A stretch of 64,000 nt of DNA from assembly GCA_007376185.1 (NCBI GenBank), contig VMFS01000001.1, forward strand, positions 10,768-74,767. The letters run 5' to 3'. The position numbers and the translations under genes are program-made. This DNA is from Parcubacteria group bacterium Gr01-1014_30. GTDB lineage: Bacteria; Patescibacteriota; Minisyncoccia; Minisyncoccales; 2-12-FULL-40-12. The notes under the pieces are model-generated. The model saw nothing but the letters and a program-made list of their open reading frames with translations. It was not told the DNA's origin and did not search any database. Positions 40,983 through 49,231 of the stretch are shown here, one piece after another; the stretch's first letter is position 1, and each line of letters opens with the position of its first letter.

Positions 40983-41148
40983 TATTTTGCCGCCAAAGAA
41001 AAACTTGAAATTGTCCTCAGTAGTAGAAGCTACGCTTCACTACGGGTCAGGCATTAGCGCGGCGGAGCCGCAACTTCGGAATTTCGCGGGAGGCTTTCCT
41101 CGCCGCCTGCGGCGGCGAAAACCGTCCGAACTATTTCAAGAATAGACC
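40983..41148 (+). repeat. Cassette right-boundary element, copy B (with an extra internal segment of about 45 nt)
   Basis: TTGCCGCCAAAGAAAAACTTGAAATTGTC ... TTCGGAATTT ... CTCGCCGCCTGCGGCGGCGAA ... CGTCCGAACTATTTCAAGAATAGACCA. Confidence 0.65.
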
Positions 41149-41149
41149 A

Positions 41150-41995
41150 TAAGAGTTATCCACATTGAACCCACAGACCTTCAGAAGGCCGCATAAAATC
41201 TATATTTTCAAGGCCCTCTCAATCCCCGAGACGAGCCTGATTTTCGGGAACTAGACCCCTGGGGATAAGTTGAACCGGTGACGCTGGTCAGGTATCGGCT
41301 GATTGTGAAGTACATTGAGGCGATGCGCGACTGGGAGTTGTGCCCTTGTTGAATTCTGACGCCGTGCTATTCTCAAAGTAGTGAATGAAGGACTTCTGGG
41401 CGCCCCACAGATGATCACTTGTATCGTCATGTCAGCGAACGGTGGCCCTAGGCCAAGCTTGCCAACATCCGTTTGTTTGGTGCTACGAGGTGCGCGATCT
41501 CCTTCGAAGCGTCCCTGATACAACATATGTCCAAACGAGCTCTAAAGATCTCACTAATCGTCCTTATCGTTGCGGCCGCAGCCACAGTGATCTTGATGAC
41601 CAGGACCGAGAAGCCTCTCGAGTCGCCGCCGGATTCCAAAGATCTCATCCGAGATTCCTCTGTCACCGACTCAAACCGCACCGTTTCAAATCGTCAGGCT
41701 GACCTGTCAGTCCGCAATGAGGACGCTATATCGCGCTCACGTGGTCTCCTGAGGAAAGCGCAATTGAATATGCTGTTTCCGCGCTCTCTCGATAGACGGT
41801 CCCTGGGAGGAGCTCTTTCGGAGGCCTGGCGCTCGACCCAATAGTGTCGATTTCACGCCGGAAGCCACCGAGCGAGAGCTGTGTTATAAGGTCGAGGGTC
41901 TAGATGCGAGCGGCAAGATGATTCGCGGTTACGAACCAGTCTGTGTGCCGCCATTCGTGGGAAGCCACAGCCATGAGGAGTAAAGTGAGTTCTGA
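41150..41995. other. GC-rich fragment 3 (compositionally foreign; boundaries approximate)
   Basis: GC visibly higher than the AT-rich cassette on its left and the aminotransferase gene on its right. Confidence 0.5.
41527..41983 (+). pseudogene. Frameshifted gene for a membrane-anchored protein (hypothetical)
   Basis: The first frame reads MSKRALKISLIVLIVAAAATVILMTRTEKPLESP.... A protein-like continuation ...DGPWEELFRRPGARPNSVDFTPEATERELCYKVEGLDASGKMIRGYEPVCVPPFVGSHSHEE* lies in the +1 frame with no start codon of its own. Confidence 0.35.
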
Positions 41996-42055
41996 CTTTT
42001 TCAAGCAAACACCACAATAATTATAAAACTAAAAGAATCAGACAAAAAATTTCTG

Positions 42056-43204
42056 GTGAGAGATTTACCGGCAGAGGATTTGGAAATCATAAAATCTGAC
42101 GGCAATTTTTTGTTTGATTCCAAAAGCAAAAAATACATAGACTTTTTGATGGGCTGGTGCGTTGGAAATATCGGCTGGAACAACAAGGAAGTAAAAAAGA
42201 GGCTCAGCCAGTACAAGGGGCCTGATTATGTAAATCCTGCCTTTTTGTATAAATCGTGGGCGGAATTAGCGGAGCTCCTGGCAAAAATTACGCCCGGAAA
42301 ATTGCAAAAGAGTTTTCGCGCCACCGGCGGCACCGAAGCTGTGGAAATTGCGCTCCAAGCGGCAATGTCGCACACAAAGAGACATAAATTTATATCTATA
42401 GAAGGCAGTTATCACGGCCATTCAATTGGCGCCATGAGCGTTGGTTCTTCTGATTTTCGCAGTTGGTACAGCAACCTTCTGCCCGATTGCTACAAATTAG
42501 AACCGCCGCTTGACGAGAAAGCGGCAGATAAGCTTGAGGAACTTCTTAGAAAAGGCGGCATCGCCGCCCTGATTATGGAGCCGGTAATTTGCAACTTAGG
42601 CGTAGAAATTCCAACAGCGGAGTTTATGAATCGCGCCAAAGACCTATGTAAGCAATATGGCGCACTTCTCATTATGGACGAGGTGGCCACCGGTTTTGGC
42701 AGAACAGGAAAACTTTTTGCGTCAGAACACTATGGAATTGAACCGGATGTTATGTGTTTGGCAAAAGGTATCACGGGTGGATATGGCGGGTTGGGCGCTA
42801 CCATTGCAATAGAGGAGGTTGCAAAATCTATGGAGTACGAATTTAGTTTTTATTCAACATATGGCTGGCACCCCTTAAGCGTAGAGGCGGCTATTGCAAA
42901 TATCAAATATATTGTGAAGCACAAAAAGCAGTTGGAGAAAAACACAAATGAGATGAGTAAATATTTTGTTGAGCGCCTTTCACGAATGAAATTCAAATAT
43001 CCCGCAAAAATTCGCGCAAAGGGTTTGGCAATCGGTGTGGAATTTGAGCGAGCCGGATATGCCAATGAGATCATGAAAAGAGCTCAAGAGAAAGGTGTTT
43101 TGTTCTCGCCTTTAAGCGACAAAATATTTACTCTATTCCCTGCTTTGAATATTGACCATGAAACCGCTCGGAAAGGACTAAATATTATTGAAGAATGTCT
43201 GTAA
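42056..43204 (+). CDS. Class-III (PLP-dependent) aminotransferase
   Basis: GGTEAVEIALQ, IMDEVATGFGRTGKLFA, and LAKGITGG containing the PLP lysine. Confidence 0.85.
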   Translation: MRDLPAEDLEIIKSDGNFLFDSKSKKYIDFLMGWCVGNIGWNNKEVKKRLSQYKGPDYVNPAFLYKSWAELAELLAKITPGKLQKSFRATGGTEAVEIALQAAMSHTKRHKFISIEGSYHGHSIGAMSVGSSDFRSWYSNLLPDCYKLEPPLDEKAADKLEELLRKGGIAALIMEPVICNLGVEIPTAEFMNRAKDLCKQYGALLIMDEVATGFGRTGKLFASEHYGIEPDVMCLAKGITGGYGGLGATIAIEEVAKSMEYEFSFYSTYGWHPLSVEAAIANIKYIVKHKKQLEKNTNEMSKYFVERLSRMKFKYPAKIRAKGLAIGVEFERAGYANEIMKRAQEKGVLFSPLSDKIFTLFPALNIDHETARKGLNIIEECL

Positions 43205-43271
43205 ATCTTTGGCGTCAAAAAATTTGGCCAAAGCACTTGTTGGTTTCGGCTGATGAGTTATTGAAATAAAT

Positions 43272-44189
43272 ATGAAAAAAATAATATTTTCAATACTGAT
43301 AATCGCACTGGTATTTTTTGTACTGATAGTTATCGGGGAAAATAGGTTTGAAAATCCGATAATGGTTTTGGACGATGTTGATTCAAGCCCAGTTCCCGGA
43401 GAACCGGGACTCGCCAGAGTAAATGAGTCGGGCTGGTCGGTTCCTGTAAAGCTCGGATTCAATGACATCGGCTGGGAAGATTCAAGCTATATAACCAAGG
43501 ACGGTAGATATGTTTTGTTTTTTTACCATCCGACTCCGAGCCAGTTTGACGAGGAGGCAAAAAAAGCCACCGGCGTAAATGACGGAAGAATCTATTTTAG
43601 TAAAAGGCCGTTCACCACAAAGGAACTTCATCCTGCTTCCAAGCCAGGCTTTCCTTCGGACGGCGGACCCTACATAGCCCAGAACGGCGATTTTTATTAT
43701 ATGAGCATCGGGATTTTTAAACCGCTTAGAATAGTGAAAAATGGAAAGAGGTTGAACTTGGGTACCGGAGATGAAGAAAGTAATCCGCACTATTGTGATG
43801 CCGAAGATGAATTATATTTCGATTCCCCGGACGGCCAAAGAATAGCGGTTCATAAAAACGGCGAAACCACGTTTTTACCTGAACCGATAAACGTACCCGG
43901 CACTCAAAATTTTCAGGCTTTTGTCGCCGACGATTGCCAGACGATGTATTTTACTTCAACAAGGGACGCCAGTGAGGGGATACTTCCTTTACAGGTTTAT
44001 AAATCACAGAGACTCGGGGAATTTAAATGGAGCCAGCCGCAGCTGTTTCTGATTTATCCCGGAACAGGAGGGGTGGGAGAATTTTCAATGACAAGGGACG
44101 GCAATCAAATAGTGTTCACTCAAATGGCCCGCGATGCAGACGGAGTTTTTAGAAATAATATATATTATGCCGAGAGAGTCAGAAATTAA
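43272..44189 (+). CDS. N-terminally anchored extracytoplasmic protein (hypothetical)
   Basis: Signal/anchor MKKIIFSILIIALVFFVLIVIG. Repeated short D/G-rich strands hint at a beta-propeller, but no motif is secure. Confidence 0.5.
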   Translation: MKKIIFSILIIALVFFVLIVIGENRFENPIMVLDDVDSSPVPGEPGLARVNESGWSVPVKLGFNDIGWEDSSYITKDGRYVLFFYHPTPSQFDEEAKKATGVNDGRIYFSKRPFTTKELHPASKPGFPSDGGPYIAQNGDFYYMSIGIFKPLRIVKNGKRLNLGTGDEESNPHYCDAEDELYFDSPDGQRIAVHKNGETTFLPEPINVPGTQNFQAFVADDCQTMYFTSTRDASEGILPLQVYKSQRLGEFKWSQPQLFLIYPGTGGVGEFSMTRDGNQIVFTQMARDADGVFRNNIYYAERVRN

Positions 44190-44324
44190 TTTATTAGGAG
44201 GGGAATCTTTTATCCATGCGCGTCGTGTTGATGTTGCCGAACTCGAAACGATTGGTGTGAAGGTGAAAAAGTTTACCGTGACAAACAGAAAAAATGATAT
44301 AATATCAACGAGATAACAAAAAAT

Positions 44325-45023
44325 ATGAAATACATTAAACAAGTCATCACAAAGAAAAACTTGCTTTTTATCGCGATTTTTGCTCTCATCGGCTTTGCCG
44401 CGCTGCAAATTCCGGTGGCGCAACTGGAAGGATCCAAGGCAAAGTTCACGGTCTATGACGCTTTTGCTCCCATAGCCGGAGCTTTTATAGGGAGCGTGCC
44501 AGGAGTTATCGCTGTCTTTTTAATGCAGTTTTTCAATTTTCTAGTTAAAGGAGCGCAAATAGCTGATGCAGGCACAATCATCAGGTTCTTTCCAATGCTT
44601 TTTGCCGTGCTCTACTTTGCCAAAAAAGGATGGCTTAACCTTGCCGTTCCGTTAATAGCGGCCGTAGCTTTCATAGCTAATCCTACAGGCCGCGAAGTTT
44701 GGTACTTTACGCTGTTTTGGACAATTCCGATAATTGTTTACTTTCTGCGCGACAGATTTTTGTTTGCCCGGGCCCTGGGCGCCACATTTTCAGCTCATGC
44801 TGTGGGCGGCGCCCTGTGGATTTGGACTTTCGCGCTTCCTGCTTCGGTTTGGCAAGGGTTAATACCGGTCGTCGCCACGGAACGCTTGCTATTTGCTGTT
44901 GGAATCAGCGTATCGTTCGTTCTTGTGAACAACCTTCTCTGTTTTTTGGAGAAAAAAGGCCTATTGCGTTTGGGCTTTAAAATTGACCAGAAATACCTTG
45001 CGCCTGTCTTGCGCAGCAGCTAA
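44325..45023 (+). CDS. Polytopic membrane protein (hypothetical transporter component)
   Basis: 232 aa with about 6 TM helices. TGaTATAAT extended -10 at 44295-44303. Confidence 0.55.
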   Translation: MKYIKQVITKKNLLFIAIFALIGFAALQIPVAQLEGSKAKFTVYDAFAPIAGAFIGSVPGVIAVFLMQFFNFLVKGAQIADAGTIIRFFPMLFAVLYFAKKGWLNLAVPLIAAVAFIANPTGREVWYFTLFWTIPIIVYFLRDRFLFARALGATFSAHAVGGALWIWTFALPASVWQGLIPVVATERLLFAVGISVSFVLVNNLLCFLEKKGLLRLGFKIDQKYLAPVLRSS

Positions 45024-45074
45024 AACAACTACCTAATACCTAACGCCCCCAATTGAGGGGAAGTTAAAAGTATT

Positions 45075-45683
45075 ATGAAAACAGTTTCAGGATCTAATAA
45101 GTCAAATTCTGATACCAACGAAAGTATTTCAGAGCAAAGCTCTACTTTAAGCGGCTTTAAGAATTGGAGACTAAAACACCCTATTTTATGGGCGGTTATA
45201 CTATCTGTGGCATTAATATTTATTACGAGATATATTGTCTATAATATTCCAGAGCTGGATTTACTCTATAGGATTACTCTATGGTTTATTGCGCCTATCC
45301 TTGTATTCGGTGCAATATATAAGCATTTGGCAAAAAGGCCTAAAGATATAGCAACTGACAGCTTAGAGGATGTCAATAGAATAAATAGAAAGCAGGCAAT
45401 TTTACTTCTTTTGCTACTTGCGTTAGAAATGCCATTGTTGCTTCTAAATTTATACGTGTTTATTGGTAACAAAGGCAGTATTTATGGAGATTATGGCGTT
45501 TTAACGTTTATATTCGGACTTACTTTATTTATGCCTAGTCTAATAGCCTTTATTATATTTCTACTCGGATATATAAAAGGAACTTTTAGACATTGGCAAC
45601 AACTAAGCAAGTATAATAGAGCGAGTTTCTTTATATTCTTATTTCAGTTCGTATTGTATTTAAAATTTCTAAACTATTTTTAA
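45075..45683 (+). CDS. Polytopic membrane protein (hypothetical)
   Basis: 202 aa, AT-rich, 4-5 TM helices. Confidence 0.5.
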   Translation: MKTVSGSNKSNSDTNESISEQSSTLSGFKNWRLKHPILWAVILSVALIFITRYIVYNIPELDLLYRITLWFIAPILVFGAIYKHLAKRPKDIATDSLEDVNRINRKQAILLLLLLALEMPLLLLNLYVFIGNKGSIYGDYGVLTFIFGLTLFMPSLIAFIIFLLGYIKGTFRHWQQLSKYNRASFFIFLFQFVLYLKFLNYF

Positions 45684-45684
45684 G

Positions 45685-46635
45685 ATGGATAAAGCGGCTT
45701 TCGTTGTATTAATAATTGTAACCGCCCTTTTAGGAGGAGGCATTATTTACTTTCACATAATTAGCAATACTCCCGCAGAAGATTTAATGGGTGTTGATTC
45801 AAATAATAATGGCGTAAGAGATGATGTTGAAGACTATATCAATAGTAAATTTTCAAAACCAGAAGAAGGGGAGGCATTAATGCAGTATGCCAAAAGGCTT
45901 CAACTACAAATGGCCTCTTATCAAAACCCTGAAGAATCTAACAGATTGAGAGTATCGTCTGATGATAGTTATATTGATTGCGCTGAATATATTTTTGGTC
46001 AAGATAGGGCATTTGATTTAACAGATGAGATAAATGAGGTTGTTATTAATACCCCAAGCAGGCAAAGAGCTTATGACCAATTTAATAGAAATCTTACTGG
46101 TGGGGTATTTGGTCTAGGAGAAGAGCCATCTATAAGTGATTGCGAATTCTACAATGACTTGATTGATGATTGGAAGCTTTATCGTAACGAGGAATATGGC
46201 TTTGAGTTTAAATATCCCGAACTGGGATTAAACCCAGCCGAGATTAATCAAGTCGGAAGCATGATAGAAGTTAAGTACTGGAGCGAACAACTAGATGAAC
46301 ACAGCCTCGTCTATACTATTTCTATAACAGAAAATGAGCAGGGTTTGGATCTATTTAACTGGTATACAACTAATATTGACCCGGAACGCATAGTCTACAA
46401 AAATTTAAATATTGATATTATACGGTTAAAGAGTGGCGCTGAAATGTATAAAATAAATACAAAAACGAAGCCAATTCCTAATGAATACCTAGATAAATAT
46501 GGGCCCATAGACGCTTTGGCCTATATTATGACTCCTGATGAGCGGTTTGTGTTAACAATATCTGGAAACCAAGAGACAGGCCTTAGCGATAAGGATCTAG
46601 ATCTAATTGTTTCAACCCTCAAATTCATTAAATAA
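45685..46635 (+). CDS. N-terminally anchored protein with WxxYRNxxYGFEFKYP domain
   Basis: 316 aa. The C-terminal module (DDWKLYRNEEYGFEFKYP...) is paralogous to the one in ORF 9983-10843. Confidence 0.55.
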   Translation: MDKAAFVVLIIVTALLGGGIIYFHIISNTPAEDLMGVDSNNNGVRDDVEDYINSKFSKPEEGEALMQYAKRLQLQMASYQNPEESNRLRVSSDDSYIDCAEYIFGQDRAFDLTDEINEVVINTPSRQRAYDQFNRNLTGGVFGLGEEPSISDCEFYNDLIDDWKLYRNEEYGFEFKYPELGLNPAEINQVGSMIEVKYWSEQLDEHSLVYTISITENEQGLDLFNWYTTNIDPERIVYKNLNIDIIRLKSGAEMYKINTKTKPIPNEYLDKYGPIDALAYIMTPDERFVLTISGNQETGLSDKDLDLIVSTLKFIK

Positions 46636-46784
46636 CTTTGCATTTTGATTTGTCACTTTGACTTTTAATTTTTGAATTTTCACAAAACTCTCTCAACACT
46701 TAATCTTATAGACAACATCTAAGTCTAAATCTCTTTTGCCCACTAGCTTGCCCTATTCGGTTTTTAGTGGTAGTTTTTATATAT

Positions 46785-47771
46785 ATGGAACAAATGGAAC
46801 AAACAAAAAAAACCGGCTTGCCCGCCGAAACTTCAGCGAAGGTGGGGCCAAAAGACGTGCTTTTGCATATCTTCGTCATTATCGCGCTATATACCAGCAT
46901 GATATCTTTGAGCGCGGTTTTGTTTGGACTGATAAACTTTTACTTTCCAGACCCTCTTTGGGAATATGGACGCTATTTACGAGACGCTTTAAGATGGCCC
47001 TTAGCCGTTCTTACGGTGATGTTTCCCCTGTACCTCTGGGCAAATATTTTTTTGCAAAAAGACGTAGTGCAATATCCTGAAAAAAAGACCCTAAAAACCA
47101 GAAGGTGGCTGCTCTACATCACTCTTTTAATCGCGGTCTTGGTGATAGCGGGAGATTTAATAGCCATAATTTTCAGATACCTCCAGGGAGAATTTACCAT
47201 AAGATTCTTCCTTAAAGCGGTGGCAGTGTTTTTGGTAGCGTCTTCGATTTTCCTATACTACGGTTGGAACGTACGCAAAGAAATTTCGGCGACCAAGGAC
47301 AAAAGAATGAATGTTTTTGTCAAAGGCGCGATTTTGCTGGCAATTGTGTCCATTGCTTTTGGCTATTTTACAACCGGCTCTCCGCAATCAGAAAGAATGC
47401 GCCGCTTTGACGAAAAAAGAGTTTCCGACCTTCAGCAAATCCAATATCAAATTATTGAGTTTTGGAGAGCTAAAAGAATACTACCCGCGTCTTTGGCGAA
47501 TCTAAGAGACGAATTGCGGGGCTTCATTCCGCCCAAAGACCCTGAAACAGGCAAGGAGTATGAATACAGAATAACTGGAGAGTTGTCTTTTGAACTCTGC
47601 GCCGATTTTAAAACGTCCAGCGAACAAGGCTTAAAAAACGCTGTCCCCGCCTATCGCCAACCTGTTGAAATGTTTCCAGGAGAAACCTGGCCTCATTCAC
47701 AAGGCATAGAGTGTTTCCAAAGAACCATAGACCCTGCATTTTACCCGCCTTTAGGTAAGACGATAGAGTGA
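46785..47771 (+). CDS. DUF5671-like membrane protein
   Basis: Start set at MEQMEQTKKT. Four TM helices (LLHIFVIIALYTSMISLSAVLFGLINFYFPD...) and a C-terminal soluble domain. Confidence 0.55.
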   Translation: MEQMEQTKKTGLPAETSAKVGPKDVLLHIFVIIALYTSMISLSAVLFGLINFYFPDPLWEYGRYLRDALRWPLAVLTVMFPLYLWANIFLQKDVVQYPEKKTLKTRRWLLYITLLIAVLVIAGDLIAIIFRYLQGEFTIRFFLKAVAVFLVASSIFLYYGWNVRKEISATKDKRMNVFVKGAILLAIVSIAFGYFTTGSPQSERMRRFDEKRVSDLQQIQYQIIEFWRAKRILPASLANLRDELRGFIPPKDPETGKEYEYRITGELSFELCADFKTSSEQGLKNAVPAYRQPVEMFPGETWPHSQGIECFQRTIDPAFYPPLGKTIE

Positions 47772-47786
47772 ACAAAAAAGAGTTTT

Positions 47787-48167
47787 ATGCAGGGCAAACA
47801 ACTGGGAAGTTTTGGTGAGAAAATCGCGGAAAATTTTCTGAAAAAGAGAGGGTATAAGATTTTGGACAGAAATTATTACTCAAAATTCGCTGCGGGGCCT
47901 CTGCGCGGAGAAGTTGACATAGTGGCAAAAAGGGACAACGTTATCAGCTTTATTGAAGTAAAAACTCTGCTTTCTCAAGAAGCTTTTCTCCCCGAAGACA
48001 AGGTTGACTGGAAAAAGCAGAGAAAACTCGTGAGAACTGCCGAAAGCTGGCTAATGAAAAACAGAATTCCTTTGGAGTCGCCTTGGCAGATTGACGTGGT
48101 AGCGATCATTACCGACTTTAGTCGCAAATCTGCCAAAATAAGGCACTTCAAGAACGCTATCTGTTAA
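47787..48167 (+). CDS. yraN: YraN-family (UPF0102) endonuclease-like protein
   Basis: GEKIAENFLKKRGYKILDRNY...GEVDIVAKRDNVISFIEVKT. Confidence 0.85.
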   Translation: MQGKQLGSFGEKIAENFLKKRGYKILDRNYYSKFAAGPLRGEVDIVAKRDNVISFIEVKTLLSQEAFLPEDKVDWKKQRKLVRTAESWLMKNRIPLESPWQIDVVAIITDFSRKSAKIRHFKNAIC

Positions 48168-48204
48168 AGTGCTTTAAGGCACTTTTTTTATTTTGGAAAA
48201 AGGG

Positions 48205-48210
48205 TATAAT
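48205..48210 (+). promoter_or_regulatory. -10 hexamer giving a near-leaderless rpsO mRNA
   Basis: TATAAT ends 9 nt before the ATG (48220). No SD. Confidence 0.4.
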
Positions 48211-48219
48211 AAATAAAAT

Positions 48220-48486
48220 ATGTTAGAAAAGAAAGAAAAAACAAAAATAATAGAAAAATACAAACTGCACGAGAAAGACACTGGTTCTACGGAAGTTCAA
48301 ATAGCCCTGCTGACGCAAGAAATAGACCGTCTGCTTTCGCATCTCAAAAAGCACAGAAAGGACTTCCACTCAAAAAGAGGTCTTTTAAAGCAAGTTGCCA
48401 AAAGAAGAAAACTCCTCGGCTATTTGAAAGAAGAAGACGAACCAAGGTACAAAAGTATTGCTAAGAAAATAGGACTAAAAAAATAG
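48220..48486 (+). CDS. rpsO: 30S ribosomal protein S15
   Basis: [49 protein letters not shown]. Confidence 0.95.
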   Translation: MLEKKEKTKIIEKYKLHEKDTGSTEVQIALLTQEIDRLLSHLKKHRKDFHSKRGLLKQVAKRRKLLGYLKEEDEPRYKSIAKKIGLKK

Positions 48487-48629
48487 AAATCCGAAGCACG
48501 AAGCACGAAATCCGAAACAATGCTTAAATTACCAAAATCCAAATGACCAAAACTGGTTTTAAACATTTAAACATTAGAATTTTGAATTTGTTTCGAATTT
48601 CGATATTCGAATTTCGAATTTAACAATTT
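48487..48629. repeat. ORF-less IVS-like palindromic element filling the rpsO-NYN gap
   Basis: Left arm AAATCCGAAGCACGAAGCACGAAATCCGAAACAA (48487-48520). Right arm TTGTTTCGAATTTCGATATTCGAATTTCGAATTT (48588-48621). Same arm words as the elements at 59637-60020 and 62637-62761. Confidence 0.7.
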
Positions 48630-49136
48630 ATGGCTATTAAGCACATCGGTCAGCGAGTTGGCGTGTTGATTGACGTTCAAAACCTGTATCACTCTGCCAA
48701 GAACTTGTATGGCGCGAGAGTGAACTTTAGGGAAATTTTGCGGTTGGCGGTCTCGGGAAGAAACTTAATAAGAGCGCTCGCCTATGTAGTGCGTACGAAA
48801 ACCGGCGAGGAAAAACCGTTTTTTGATGCGCTAACCAAATTGGGTATTGAAACGAGGATCCGTGATTTGCAGGAGTTTTACGGAGGCATGAAAAAAGCCG
48901 ACTGGGACGTAGGCATCACCATTGACGCAGTGAGAATAGCTCCGGACGTTAACGCTGTAGTTTTGGCTTCGGGCGACGGCGATTTTTTGCAACTTGTTGA
49001 GTATTTAAAGAACCAAGGCAAAAGAGTGGAAATTATGGCTTTTGGCCGTTCTGCTTCCTCGCGATTGAAAGAAGCGGCTGACGAATTTATTGACCTAGGG
49101 CAAACCCCCGCAAAATATTTGCTTAAAGGCCGTTGA
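48630..49136 (+). CDS. NYN-domain (LabA/DUF88-like) protein
   Basis: RVGVLIDVQNLYHSAKNLYGARVNF...VVLASGDGDFLQLVEYLK. Confidence 0.85.
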   Translation: MAIKHIGQRVGVLIDVQNLYHSAKNLYGARVNFREILRLAVSGRNLIRALAYVVRTKTGEEKPFFDALTKLGIETRIRDLQEFYGGMKKADWDVGITIDAVRIAPDVNAVVLASGDGDFLQLVEYLKNQGKRVEIMAFGRSASSRLKEAADEFIDLGQTPAKYLLKGR

Positions 49137-49231
49137 GGCTTCGCCTCCTCTGCCCGAGCGTAGCAAAGGGCGTGAGAGGAACGAAGTTCAGCGAACACAT
49201 CTGTGTTTTTAATAAATTAAAAACTTGATAA

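Noticed and set aside
12510-42000. Assembly chimerism as the explanation for all three GC-rich segments.
   Set aside because: This is not rejected outright. However, each segment is short, bounded by native repeats, hairpins or tRNA-linked genes, and carries its own SD and terminator signals, so horizontal acquisition is favoured. Read-level validation is required.
43272-44189. TolB/PD40 beta-propeller assignment for the 305-aa anchored protein.
   Set aside because: Only vague D-G-containing strand patterns are visible, and no repeat motif could be aligned confidently by eye.
48487-48629. CRISPR array suspicion from the repeated CGAAATCCGAA / GCACGAA words here and at 59.6, 60.0 and 62.7 kb.
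   Set aside because: There is no regular repeat-spacer periodicity. The repeats are arranged as inverted arms of hairpins, and no cas genes are present.
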